Below, one piece after another: positions 17,377 to 25,221 of a DNA stretch of 32,000 nucleotides. The DNA comes from Mycobacterium sp. PSTR-4-N. GTDB taxonomy: Bacteria; Actinomycetota; Actinomycetes; Mycobacteriales; Mycobacteriaceae. The stretch lies in contig NZ_JAKRFN010000007.1 in assembly GCF_022348085.1 (NCBI RefSeq), positions 9,943 to 41,942 of the forward strand. Direction: 5' to 3'. Numbering within the stretch: position 1 is the stretch's first letter; every line of letters starts with the position of its first letter. A program made the translations under genes and the position numbers. The notes beneath the pieces were generated by a model. The model was not told the DNA's origin, did not search any database, and saw nothing but the letters and a program-made list of their open reading frames with translations.

Positions 17377-18303
17377 TTAGGCGAAGCGTTCGTGATTTTC
17401 CCAGTCACGCGCATTCACGCTGCTCAGCACCGCCTGAATCCCCTGCAGGATCTGGCCTGGCGATCCGGGCGCTATCACCATCCAGTCTTGGGTGGACCCC
17501 CGAGGTGCAAGCATCTGGTACAGCACGACCCGGCCGGCGTCGGTGTCGCGGATATTGAGGGCCGTGGCGCTGGTGTTGCTGCGGGCATCGGTGTGAACCC
17601 GGGCGTACACCACGGTCTCCACAACGGGCTCGTCGAGTAGCGCACCCAGCTCGGCGAGAGCTGCCGGTGGAATTCCCAAGGCCCGCAACGGAAGTTCGCG
17701 TTGTGGGTCGTCGCCGGCATCGGCGCGCTGCGCCGCAGCGCTCACGATGTCCTCATAGGGCAGGTTCATGGGTTCGATGCGGGAGGCCTCGACGGGGTGC
17801 ACGGCGTTGAGCTGCTCGACCAGGACGTCGCGCAACCATGCAGCCGACCCGCCGTCGAATCTCACGTCGTCGATGGTGATGTCGTCACCAGCTCGCGCCG
17901 CCGACACCCAGCGACCGTCACGGCGCGCGAGCACGATCTGTAGCTGATTGTCGGGAATGTCGCGCCGCCAGGTGGCCGGGTCGTTGACGTCGATGCGGCC
18001 CTTCCACGACAACGCCCCTCGCGCAATGAGTATGGCCACCTCGACATCAGGGGCGGCCAGAACGCGCATGCGGGCCGCGACCTGCGTGATGACGTGCCCG
18101 TCCTGACCGACTACTCCCGCGGCCTGAAGCTGCTCGATGCGGGGGTCACCGGAGATCCAGGTGCTCTCACGCGGGGCTCCGTACGGTACCGCGCTCAGTT
18201 CTGGCGCCACAGTGGCGATGTCGAGCATCGCTTGCAGCATCCACATGCCGTGCAGGTTGACCGTCACGTCGCCGACGTGTTCGGTGCTTCGTGCGGGGAT
18301 CAT
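17377..18303 (-). CDS. espG: EspG, ESX-specific PE/PPE chaperone (308 aa)
   Basis: ATG 18303 is preceded by GGAGAAGGA with a 10-nt spacer. The track start 18471 is a GTG without an RBS. Size, lack of TM helices and position after the esx pair fit EspG. The N-terminal VTVNLHGMWMLQAMLDIATVAPELSAVPYG resembles the EspG N-terminal pattern. The start codon remains uncertain. Confidence 0.65.
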   Translation of the reverse strand: MIPARSTEHVGDVTVNLHGMWMLQAMLDIATVAPELSAVPYGAPRESTWISGDPRIEQLQAAGVVGQDGHVITQVAARMRVLAAPDVEVAILIARGALSWKGRIDVNDPATWRRDIPDNQLQIVLARRDGRWVSAARAGDDITIDDVRFDGGSAAWLRDVLVEQLNAVHPVEASRIEPMNLPYEDIVSAAAQRADAGDDPQRELPLRALGIPPAALAELGALLDEPVVETVVYARVHTDARSNTSATALNIRDTDAGRVVLYQMLAPRGSTQDWMVIAPGSPGQILQGIQAVLSSVNARDWENHERFA

Positions 18304-18511
18304 CGCCAGCGGGTCCTTCTCCGGTGTGTCGGGTTGGTCGACGGGTGTGCGTCCTGTGTGGGTCAAACCGAGAGCGGCGGCACCCTCGGTGAGGGTGCCG
18401 CCGCAAGAATTCGCTCGGAGGACTTGCCGAAACGAACTGCGCCGCAGAGCCGATGGCGAAGGGGCCGCCACGCGGCACGGCGATTAGGTGCGCACCTTCG
18501 CCAGTCGGTCC

Positions 18512-18802
18512 TTAGACCGACCAGGTGCCGCCGACACCGCTGTCGGTGTGCTGGGTGTTGTGGCTGGCCGTGCCGACCTTGCCGCCGTGCTCGTCAAGCT
18601 GCTCGAAGATGACCCGGAAGTTGCGGTTGAGCTCATTGACGAACTCCTGGTAGCCGGTGCTACCCACGCCGCCCCACATTTCGGCCGACTCCTGCAGATC
18701 CTTGAGGATCGCCTGGTGCTCGGCTTCGAGCTGACCTGCCTGGCTCCTCAGCAGGCTCGAGTGGGCTTCGACGTCGCCGTAGCTATAGCTCTGTACTCCC
18801 AT
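18512..18802 (-). CDS. WXG100 protein, EsxA-like member of the pair (96 aa)
   Basis: AAGGAA RBS. WxG motif in EMWGGVGS at mid-length. About 100-aa helical hairpin size. Second gene of the esx pair. Confidence 0.85.
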   Translation of the reverse strand: MGVQSYSYGDVEAHSSLLRSQAGQLEAEHQAILKDLQESAEMWGGVGSTGYQEFVNELNRNFRVIFEQLDEHGGKVGTASHNTQHTDSGVGGTWSV

Positions 18803-18851
18803 GATGAGTTTCCTTGTCTGTGTACGTGTTTGGAGGTGGATGGGGTGGTGA

Positions 18852-19142
18852 TCAGGCCTTGAGGGATGCGGCGTTGGCGTGTTCCTGCTGCTCGTAGGTG
18901 TCGGCCGAGGTGCGCAGGTTGTCGCTGACGAAGTGCATCTGGTTCTCGATGTTGCGGAAGGCCCGGTTCATCTCCTCCATGGTCCCCAGGGAGGCCATGT
19001 TGGCATCGCCCTTCCATCCCGCACCCGAGATGCCCTCGGCCGAGGCGTACGCCTTCTGCGCCTCGACGTGAATGTTGGTGGCGTGGTTGGAGAAGCGGCC
19101 GGAGTAGTCGCGCATCGCGGCCGGGTCGGTCATGAAAGACAT
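18852..19142 (-). CDS. WXG100 protein, EsxB-like member of the pair (96 aa)
   Basis: AGGAG RBS 8 nt upstream. WxG motif in GAGWKGDA. C-terminal YxxxE secretion motif (DTYEQQE). Confidence 0.85.
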   Translation of the reverse strand: MSFMTDPAAMRDYSGRFSNHATNIHVEAQKAYASAEGISGAGWKGDANMASLGTMEEMNRAFRNIENQMHFVSDNLRTSADTYEQQEHANAASLKA

Positions 19143-19207
19143 TCGTTTGCTCCTAGATCGTGTCGTGTAATGCTGGCCATTTGCGTGGACGGGTCAATCG
19201 TGTCCCT

Positions 19208-19245
19208 TTGGCGCTGCGTAAGCCATGCGCCAAGAAATATTCTTG
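19208..19245 (-). promoter_or_regulatory. Two adjacent inverted repeats in the ppe-esx spacer
   Basis: TTGGCGC (19208-19214) pairs with GCGCCAA (19227-19233) around a 12-nt loop. CAAGAA (19231-19236) pairs with TTCTTG (19240-19245) around a 3-nt spacer. The 146-bp spacer is AT-richer than its flanks. Confidence 0.25.
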
Positions 19246-19288
19246 AATTGAGTGCTCGACCCCCTTCGGTATCTGCCCGCATTTTCCG

Positions 19289-20473
19289 TTAGCGCGCCCG
19301 TGGCAGCACGCGGACCGGCGCGCCGTAGGACGGGCCGTTACTCGAGGAACTGTCTTTGCCCTGCATCGCGGCCATCGGGGCCGCCCCGCCGGCGCCCCCG
19401 CCCACGCTGGTCGTGGAGGGGGCCGCACCCGTGTTGGTGCCGCCCGTCGCGGAAATCGGTGTCGCACCCGCCGCGCCGGAGGGGGCGCCCGCTGCCCAGG
19501 TCGCGGGGACCGACAATCCGCCTACGCTGCGGGCGGCGCCCATGCCGGCCGAGAGGGCACCCATGCCCCCGCCGCCGAAGCCGCCGCCACCGAGGCCCCC
19601 CGCCGCTCCCATGGCCGAGGTCGCCGACGTCAAAGCCCCAGCGCCACCGACGCCCCCCATGGTGGGGTTCATCATGCTCATGAACGGCGACAGCAGCGAC
19701 TGAAAACCACCCATGGCCTGCATCGGGTTGCCCATGCCGCCCATGAGTGGCTGCGCGAGGCCCTGTAACGCTTGCGGCACCGCGCTCATGAATTGAGGGG
19801 CCATCGACATGATCGAACTGGCGTTTCCGCCACCCATGCTGGCCGTCGACTGCCCAGCGGTCGCGGCGTTCTGGCCGGCCTGCCCCGCTGCGGTACCGCC
19901 TGCCTGGGCTACCGCGGCCGCTTGGCTGGCGAAACCTCCGGGGTTGACTGTCGGCGCGGGCGCCATGAATGGCACCAGCATCCCGGTGATGCCGGCTGCG
20001 TCGGCGCTGAACCCATACATCGTGGTGGCGTCCTGAGTCCACATCTCGTCGTAGGCCGCCACGCACGCAGCGATCGCGCCGGAGTTGACCCCCATGAAGT
20101 TCGTCGAGATCAGCGTCTCGAGAAGGTTGCGGTTCGCCTCGATGACTGGCGGCGGTACAGACCCTGCGTGGGCAGCCTCGATGGCGAGGGCCGCCTGCTC
20201 CGCGGCGATCGCGGTCTGCTGGGCTTGAGTCGCCGCTTGAAACAGCCACCGCACGTTTTCCGTGGCGCCGGCGGCCATCATGGTCGACGACGGTCCTTGA
20301 AACCCGCCTGCCAGCAGCGCCATTACAGCGCTGTGCAGCGCTGCGGCGTTTGAGCCGAGGTTGGCCGCAAGGGCTTGCCACGCGGCGGCAGCTGCGGTCA
20401 GGGGCGCCGACTGCGGGCCGGCGTAGGCCCGAGCGGAGTTGATCTCGGGCGGTAGGGCTCCGTATTCAACCAC
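19289..20473 (-). CDS. PPE family protein (394 aa), SVP-type Gly/Ala/Met-rich C-terminus
   Basis: Start reassigned to GTG 20473 with AAAGGAG upstream. The N-terminus VVEYGALPPEINSARAYAGPQSAPL is the canonical PPE signature. The C-terminus has GGLSVPATWA. Confidence 0.9.
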   Translation of the reverse strand: MVEYGALPPEINSARAYAGPQSAPLTAAAAAWQALAANLGSNAAALHSAVMALLAGGFQGPSSTMMAAGATENVRWLFQAATQAQQTAIAAEQAALAIEAAHAGSVPPPVIEANRNLLETLISTNFMGVNSGAIAACVAAYDEMWTQDATTMYGFSADAAGITGMLVPFMAPAPTVNPGGFASQAAAVAQAGGTAAGQAGQNAATAGQSTASMGGGNASSIMSMAPQFMSAVPQALQGLAQPLMGGMGNPMQAMGGFQSLLSPFMSMMNPTMGGVGGAGALTSATSAMGAAGGLGGGGFGGGGMGALSAGMGAARSVGGLSVPATWAAGAPSGAAGATPISATGGTNTGAAPSTTSVGGGAGGAAPMAAMQGKDSSSSNGPSYGAPVRVLPRAR

Positions 20474-20647
20474 GAAGTCACAACTCCTTTTCGCACGAGG
20501 GATGGGTCTGGCCCGGTGGCGGCGCCGCAGGAGACCCGGCCGGGCGGACCGCCGGCGAGTCGATGTCAACGACGGGGTGCCGTCGGCGCGAAGCGTTCAT
20601 CTCCAAACGTGCTGAACGATGATCCACGACGGGCCCGAGACGAACCG

Positions 20648-20944
20648 TCAGAGCGTTGCGGCGACGTTGAAGGCCTCGGTCGCGGCGTAACTTGCACCGG
20701 AGGTACCCATGGCGCTGGCAAACATCCCATGCCAGGCCGAGGCCATGGCGGCCATGGACTGGTACAGCGAGCCGTGGGTGCCGAAGGCCGCCGAGAGAAG
20801 CATGGCAGTTTCGTTGGCCTGGCCGGGCGCGACTGCGGTCGTGGGCGCTGCGGCGGCAGCGTTTCCGCTGGTGAAGGCAGATGTCAGCGCGGTCAGGGTG
20901 CCGGCTGTGCCACCCATTTCCAACGGATCAGCTGTAAGGAACAT
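20648..20944 (-). CDS. PE family protein (98 aa)
   Basis: ATG 20944 with GAGGGG upstream. Translation MFLTADPLEMGGTAGTLTAL...AAPTTAVAP...SYAATEAFNVAATL. It has PE-domain length and helix pattern and a YxxxE motif (YAATE). It lies directly upstream of ppe. Confidence 0.8.
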   Translation of the reverse strand: MFLTADPLEMGGTAGTLTALTSAFTSGNAAAAAPTTAVAPGQANETAMLLSAAFGTHGSLYQSMAAMASAWHGMFASAMGTSGASYAATEAFNVAATL

Positions 20945-20971
20945 TCGTTATGACCCCTCTGTTGTGCCGAT

Positions 20972-20997
20972 AATGCCAATACGAGTGTATAGGCATT
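20972..20997 (-). promoter_or_regulatory. 11-bp imperfect inverted repeat between eccC stop and pe start
   Basis: AATGCCAATAC (20972-20982), loop GAGT, GTATAGGCATT (20987-20997). 10 of 11 positions are complementary. AT-rich for this locus. It lies 27 nt upstream of the pe ATG. Confidence 0.3.
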
Positions 20998-21021
20998 CAG
21001 GTGTGGTCGCGGTGCGCCAAA

Positions 21022-24000
21022 TTAGTTGGCAACGGATTCCGGCGAAGTATCGAGCCCGATTTGAACGTATCGTCCCGATTCACCGGTACTTACGAAGAAT
21101 CCGCGTCCAGGTGGCATCGGATGGCCCTTCCACCGGCCCCGAACGAACCCCTCCTCCCCGTCGGAGTCCATGACGAGAAGCGGTGCGTTCGCCTGCTTCA
21201 TCGCCCCCAGCAGCGGGTCGGCGCGGTCTGAGCCGGCCCAGCCGCCGAATCGGCGCGCGTAGACCACGCGCAGACCAACGTCGGTGGCGGCGTGCGCGCT
21301 GGGCACCAGTTCACGTAGCGGGGCGTCGTAGCCCGGCGGTAGTCGATCGGCGTCGTCGACGATCAGAAAGATCTCCGGGCCCGACCACCGCTGGGCCAGG
21401 CTGGTGTCGACGTCGAGACCGGCCTCGGGCAGCCTGGCGGTCAGGATGCGGTTCAGCTCGGCAGCCCACGGCCCCATCTCGTCGTTGCGGTAGGTGAACC
21501 GTTCCAGATAGTCCTTGCCGAGGACGCGCAAGAGTTCTCGGCGCGGGTTGACCAGCCACACCTGAGCGCGGGGACGCGGGTCGCCGGGATCTGGTGTCGC
21601 CGTGCTGGCGCCGGGTGCGTAGGTCCTCGCAATCTCGCGCATGATCGCCGACAGTGCGTTCGTGCGTCCGCAGTCCTCGCGGCCGGTAATGATCAGGAAC
21701 GGAGAGTCGCGTTCCAGGCCGACCAGCTCGTCGCGCTCGTCGACGGCCCATGCCATTCCGGTGTGGTAGTCACGCTGCGCGCGTGCTTGCAGATCAGCCA
21801 GCGTGACGTGGCTGGGCAGCGCCCGGACCCGAGGAGCTGGGCGGTATCGGGCCGCGGCCCGGCGGACCGCCTCGACCACGCTGTCGGACTTGAACTGGGC
21901 GGTGGGAGTTCCCCGCAACGCCGGCCGCGCGATCTGAGTGTGCAGGCCTTCTTCCTCGGCTCCGAGGCGTACGTAGTTCTGAGCAACCATCCCTCGGCCG
22001 GGCTTGCCCGACGGCACGGCGTCGGTGAGCTTGCCGCGTAGCAGCTTGGCGTCCTCGGGGCCCTGCAGCTTGAGCTCGATGCGTTGCGGCCAGGAACCGC
22101 GCATGCGTGGCGGCAGCTCGATGTCGCGGGCCACACTGACGATGACGTGGATGCCGAAGCTGCTGCCCTCGCCCACGATTTTTTGGATCTGCGCCGAGAG
22201 CAGGTCCTTGTTGCGGATCGTCGATGCTTCCGCGGTCAGCGCGGCGTAGTTGTCGATCACCAGGTAGACGTCGCCGAAGGGGTCGTCAGGCACTGCGCCT
22301 GGCGCGCCGCCGAATTTCCGATCACGCAGGTCCTGGACGGAGCTAATTCCGCACGCCGGGAAGCTGCGTTGTCGGCGTTCGAGGAGTTCGAGCATCTCGG
22401 AGATGGTGCGTCGGATCCCGTCTTCGTCGAGAATTCCGGCCACGCCGCCCACGTGGGGCAGGCCGGCAATGGTTTCCAGCGCGGTCGACGACAAAGCCAG
22501 GCAGTAGAACTGCACCTGCTCCGGGGTGTGGGTCATAGCCGCAGCGCAGATGATCGTCTGCAGGGTCGTGGTCTTGCCTGAGGAGCGCACGCCGACAACG
22601 AGCTGATTGGCGCCGTCGGCGCGGGTGTCGACGAGCAGAGGGTGCTGGTCTTGTTTGTACGGCCGGTCCACGATGCCCACCGGGAACACCAGATTTGGTG
22701 TGGCGGCGTAGTTTTCGTCCCAGCGGTGCCCCAGGTGGGCATTGACGATGTCGTCGATGGTGTGCGGGACGTCTAGGGGCGGTTGCCAGAGAACCTGCGG
22801 CTTGAAACCGTAGTTCCGCAGCTGATCCAGGATGACTGGGCCGACCTTGGGTTTGCGCAAAGCGTCGTCCTCGTCCTCCTGTTCCTCGACGGTTTCCGCA
22901 GGCTGGGCGGCAGCATGGTTGATCAGATGCTCGGGAATCTCGACCCATGACGTCGTGAACAGTTGTGGTTCGAGATAGCGATCGGAGGTGGACGTGGCTT
23001 CGATGACGTCATCGTTGTCAGGGCTGGGTCGGCGGTAGTCGCGCCACAGCGACTCGGCGCGGAACCGGGTCAGTTCGTCGGCGGACCCGGTACGCATGTA
23101 CCCCACGCCGACTTCTCGGGGCAGGTTCACCGCCTGCGGAACGCCCGCCGCCGACGCGCTGGCCGAGGTGTTCTGCCGCAACACCAGCCGGTACCCGACG
23201 TTCTCGAGCAGCTTCTCGGCTCTCGAGTCGATGTCTTGGCTGGCCAGCAGCTGGTGGACCCACAGCGATCGCCCCTGTCGGCCGATCTGGTCCAACACCT
23301 CGGGCAGATCCGGCTTGATGCGGAATGCTTCCTTGAACTCGTCGAGCACGACCAGCAGACGGGGAAGTGGCTCCAGATGCTCGCCGCGCAATGAACGTTC
23401 GGAGCGGATCTGGTTGTACTCATAGGCGTCATCGGCGCCCACGGAGTTGCACACCTGCTTGCGTCGGGCGATTTCACCCCACATCGCGGTAATGAACCGG
23501 TCCATGAGGACCTGGTCGTCTTCCAGGTCGGTGATGATGTGCGGTACGTGCGGGGTGCCCTCGAACGGTTTGACACCGGCGCCGCCCTTGCAGTCAGCCA
23601 GGATCATCTGCAGATTCTCCGGGGGGTGGCCCAGGATCGCCGCCAACAGCACGGTACGGATGGCCGTGGTCTTGCCCGACCCGGTGGTTCCCGACATCAC
23701 CCCGTGCGGCCCGTCACCGCCCTGGTTCATGTCCTTCATGTCGACGAAGACCAGCTCGCCGTTGTCGGCGCGGACACCATAGGGGATGCGCAGATTCGCG
23801 GCGGCGTTGATGTCGCGGTGCGGACCCCACAGCGCCTCGAAGTCGATTGCAGCGGGGTCTTTGACCCCGTAATAGGCCAAGATGTCGCGAGGGCGGCGGA
23901 AATCCCCGAGATCCTCGGCGATGTCCTCATAAGGCTCGGCGATCCGCGACCGCGCGATGGACTGGGCCAGTTGCTCGGCCTCGAACCGATCGAGGTGATC

Positions 24001-25221
24001 GCCGATCGCGAAGAACTGGAAACCCTCCTCTGAATCAGGCGCCCACGTGCCGTCCCGCGGTACCGCGTCGATCACGCCGTCATCCTTGAGGCGCAGCGTC
24101 CGCACGCCCCGATGGTCCTGACAGGCCGGCACGCCACCTTGCACGTCGAAGAACGTCCACCCCTGCACGCCAGTCGAGGTCATCACCGAATACCAGCCCC
24201 CGGGCGCGACGTCGCTGACCACGATCGTGTGGGGCATCGGCGCGACGGGGTCGCGGCTGGCCGCGTGGCGGGCGACGAACGCGCCGCCGCGGCGGACCGC
24301 ATCAGTGAACTGCCGATCAGCGAATTCGGCGACCGATGTATACACCATGCGTGCCGGACCCGCACCGTCGTCCTGGTGCGGATTGCCGTTGTGCGGCAAC
24401 CACTTCACCCAGTCCCATTCAGCGACATCGTCGGTGACGACGACCAGCCTCAAATGATCCGGGCCGTGGGAGAACACCAACTGCGCGATGATCGCGCGCA
24501 TCAGCCCCAGCGCTTTGTCGCGATCGCCGTCAATGCGATACCCCGGCTCCACCAACAACGAGATGAGCGCCGGTGTGCCGTAGGCAACGCTCTGGTAGCG
24601 GACGAACTCCTGCAACGCCTTGCCCGTCGCCGGTTCGAGCTCCACTTCGGTAGGCATGTCGTCGGGCTCACTGAAGGTCACGGCCCCGCCCTCCACCAGG
24701 GAGGTCATGCCGACCCCCACCCGGGCGACGCCGAACCAGGTGTCCTTACCGTTGGGGTTGCGTTCCCACATCCGCGGGCCGCCCGCCTGGGCGAGCAGCG
24801 TGTCGGCCGGAGGGTGGTACCACCGGTAGTTTCCGTCGAGTTTGTCGGCGGCATCAGAGACCCGGTCACGCATCTCGTCGAGGACGAGCAGGAAACGAGC
24901 CCGCATCGCGTCGAGCTTGCCGCGACTCATCTGCTGATTGCCGCCGCTGAATCGGCCCGAGAACAGCATTGCGCCGATTCCGAGAATGCTGAACACCGGG
25001 AAAATCGCCCCGACACCGTTGAAGGTGCGTGCGCCCGAGGCGAACGAGACCGCGACCATGCCGACCACCAGGCCGATAACCAGGATGCCGACGACGATGA
25101 GCCATGGCGACTTTCCCTCGGGGGGCGGGACCTTAAGAGGCGTCAGGAGTTTGATCGGTTGCGGCTTGAGGTCACTTCCCGGCGGTGGGGTGGGCTTCGG
25201 CCGGACGAAACCTTGCTTCAC
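21022..25221 (-). CDS. eccC: EccC, FtsK/SpoIIIE-family T7SS ATPase, single polypeptide (1399 aa)
   Basis: GTG 25221 overlaps the eccB stop (GTGA). Two N-terminal TM helices. Three P-loops: GTTGSGKTTAIRT, GVRSSGKTTTLQT and GREDCGRTNALS. Walker B-like LLVVLDEFKE, VYLVIDNYAAL and IFLIVDDADRL. Confidence 0.95.
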   Translation of the reverse strand: MKQGFVRPKPTPPPGSDLKPQPIKLLTPLKVPPPEGKSPWLIVVGILVIGLVVGMVAVSFASGARTFNGVGAIFPVFSILGIGAMLFSGRFSGGNQQMSRGKLDAMRARFLLVLDEMRDRVSDAADKLDGNYRWYHPPADTLLAQAGGPRMWERNPNGKDTWFGVARVGVGMTSLVEGGAVTFSEPDDMPTEVELEPATGKALQEFVRYQSVAYGTPALISLLVEPGYRIDGDRDKALGLMRAIIAQLVFSHGPDHLRLVVVTDDVAEWDWVKWLPHNGNPHQDDGAGPARMVYTSVAEFADRQFTDAVRRGGAFVARHAASRDPVAPMPHTIVVSDVAPGGWYSVMTSTGVQGWTFFDVQGGVPACQDHRGVRTLRLKDDGVIDAVPRDGTWAPDSEEGFQFFAIGDHLDRFEAEQLAQSIARSRIAEPYEDIAEDLGDFRRPRDILAYYGVKDPAAIDFEALWGPHRDINAAANLRIPYGVRADNGELVFVDMKDMNQGGDGPHGVMSGTTGSGKTTAIRTVLLAAILGHPPENLQMILADCKGGAGVKPFEGTPHVPHIITDLEDDQVLMDRFITAMWGEIARRKQVCNSVGADDAYEYNQIRSERSLRGEHLEPLPRLLVVLDEFKEAFRIKPDLPEVLDQIGRQGRSLWVHQLLASQDIDSRAEKLLENVGYRLVLRQNTSASASAAGVPQAVNLPREVGVGYMRTGSADELTRFRAESLWRDYRRPSPDNDDVIEATSTSDRYLEPQLFTTSWVEIPEHLINHAAAQPAETVEEQEDEDDALRKPKVGPVILDQLRNYGFKPQVLWQPPLDVPHTIDDIVNAHLGHRWDENYAATPNLVFPVGIVDRPYKQDQHPLLVDTRADGANQLVVGVRSSGKTTTLQTIICAAAMTHTPEQVQFYCLALSSTALETIAGLPHVGGVAGILDEDGIRRTISEMLELLERRQRSFPACGISSVQDLRDRKFGGAPGAVPDDPFGDVYLVIDNYAALTAEASTIRNKDLLSAQIQKIVGEGSSFGIHVIVSVARDIELPPRMRGSWPQRIELKLQGPEDAKLLRGKLTDAVPSGKPGRGMVAQNYVRLGAEEEGLHTQIARPALRGTPTAQFKSDSVVEAVRRAAARYRPAPRVRALPSHVTLADLQARAQRDYHTGMAWAVDERDELVGLERDSPFLIITGREDCGRTNALSAIMREIARTYAPGASTATPDPGDPRPRAQVWLVNPRRELLRVLGKDYLERFTYRNDEMGPWAAELNRILTARLPEAGLDVDTSLAQRWSGPEIFLIVDDADRLPPGYDAPLRELVPSAHAATDVGLRVVYARRFGGWAGSDRADPLLGAMKQANAPLLVMDSDGEEGFVRGRWKGHPMPPGRGFFVSTGESGRYVQIGLDTSPESVAN

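Noticed and set aside
18304-18471. EspG start at GTG 18471 (364-aa version)
   Set aside because: There is no RBS before 18471 and GC3 is intermediate (about 70%). ATG 18303 has GGAGAAGGA upstream and gives a typical EspG length. The longer form cannot be fully excluded.
19338-20381. 347-aa minus-strand ORF and several plus-strand ORFs within the PPE gene
   Set aside because: These are out-of-frame readings of the Gly/Ala-rich PPE sequence. The PPE frame has the diagnostic N-terminal signature.
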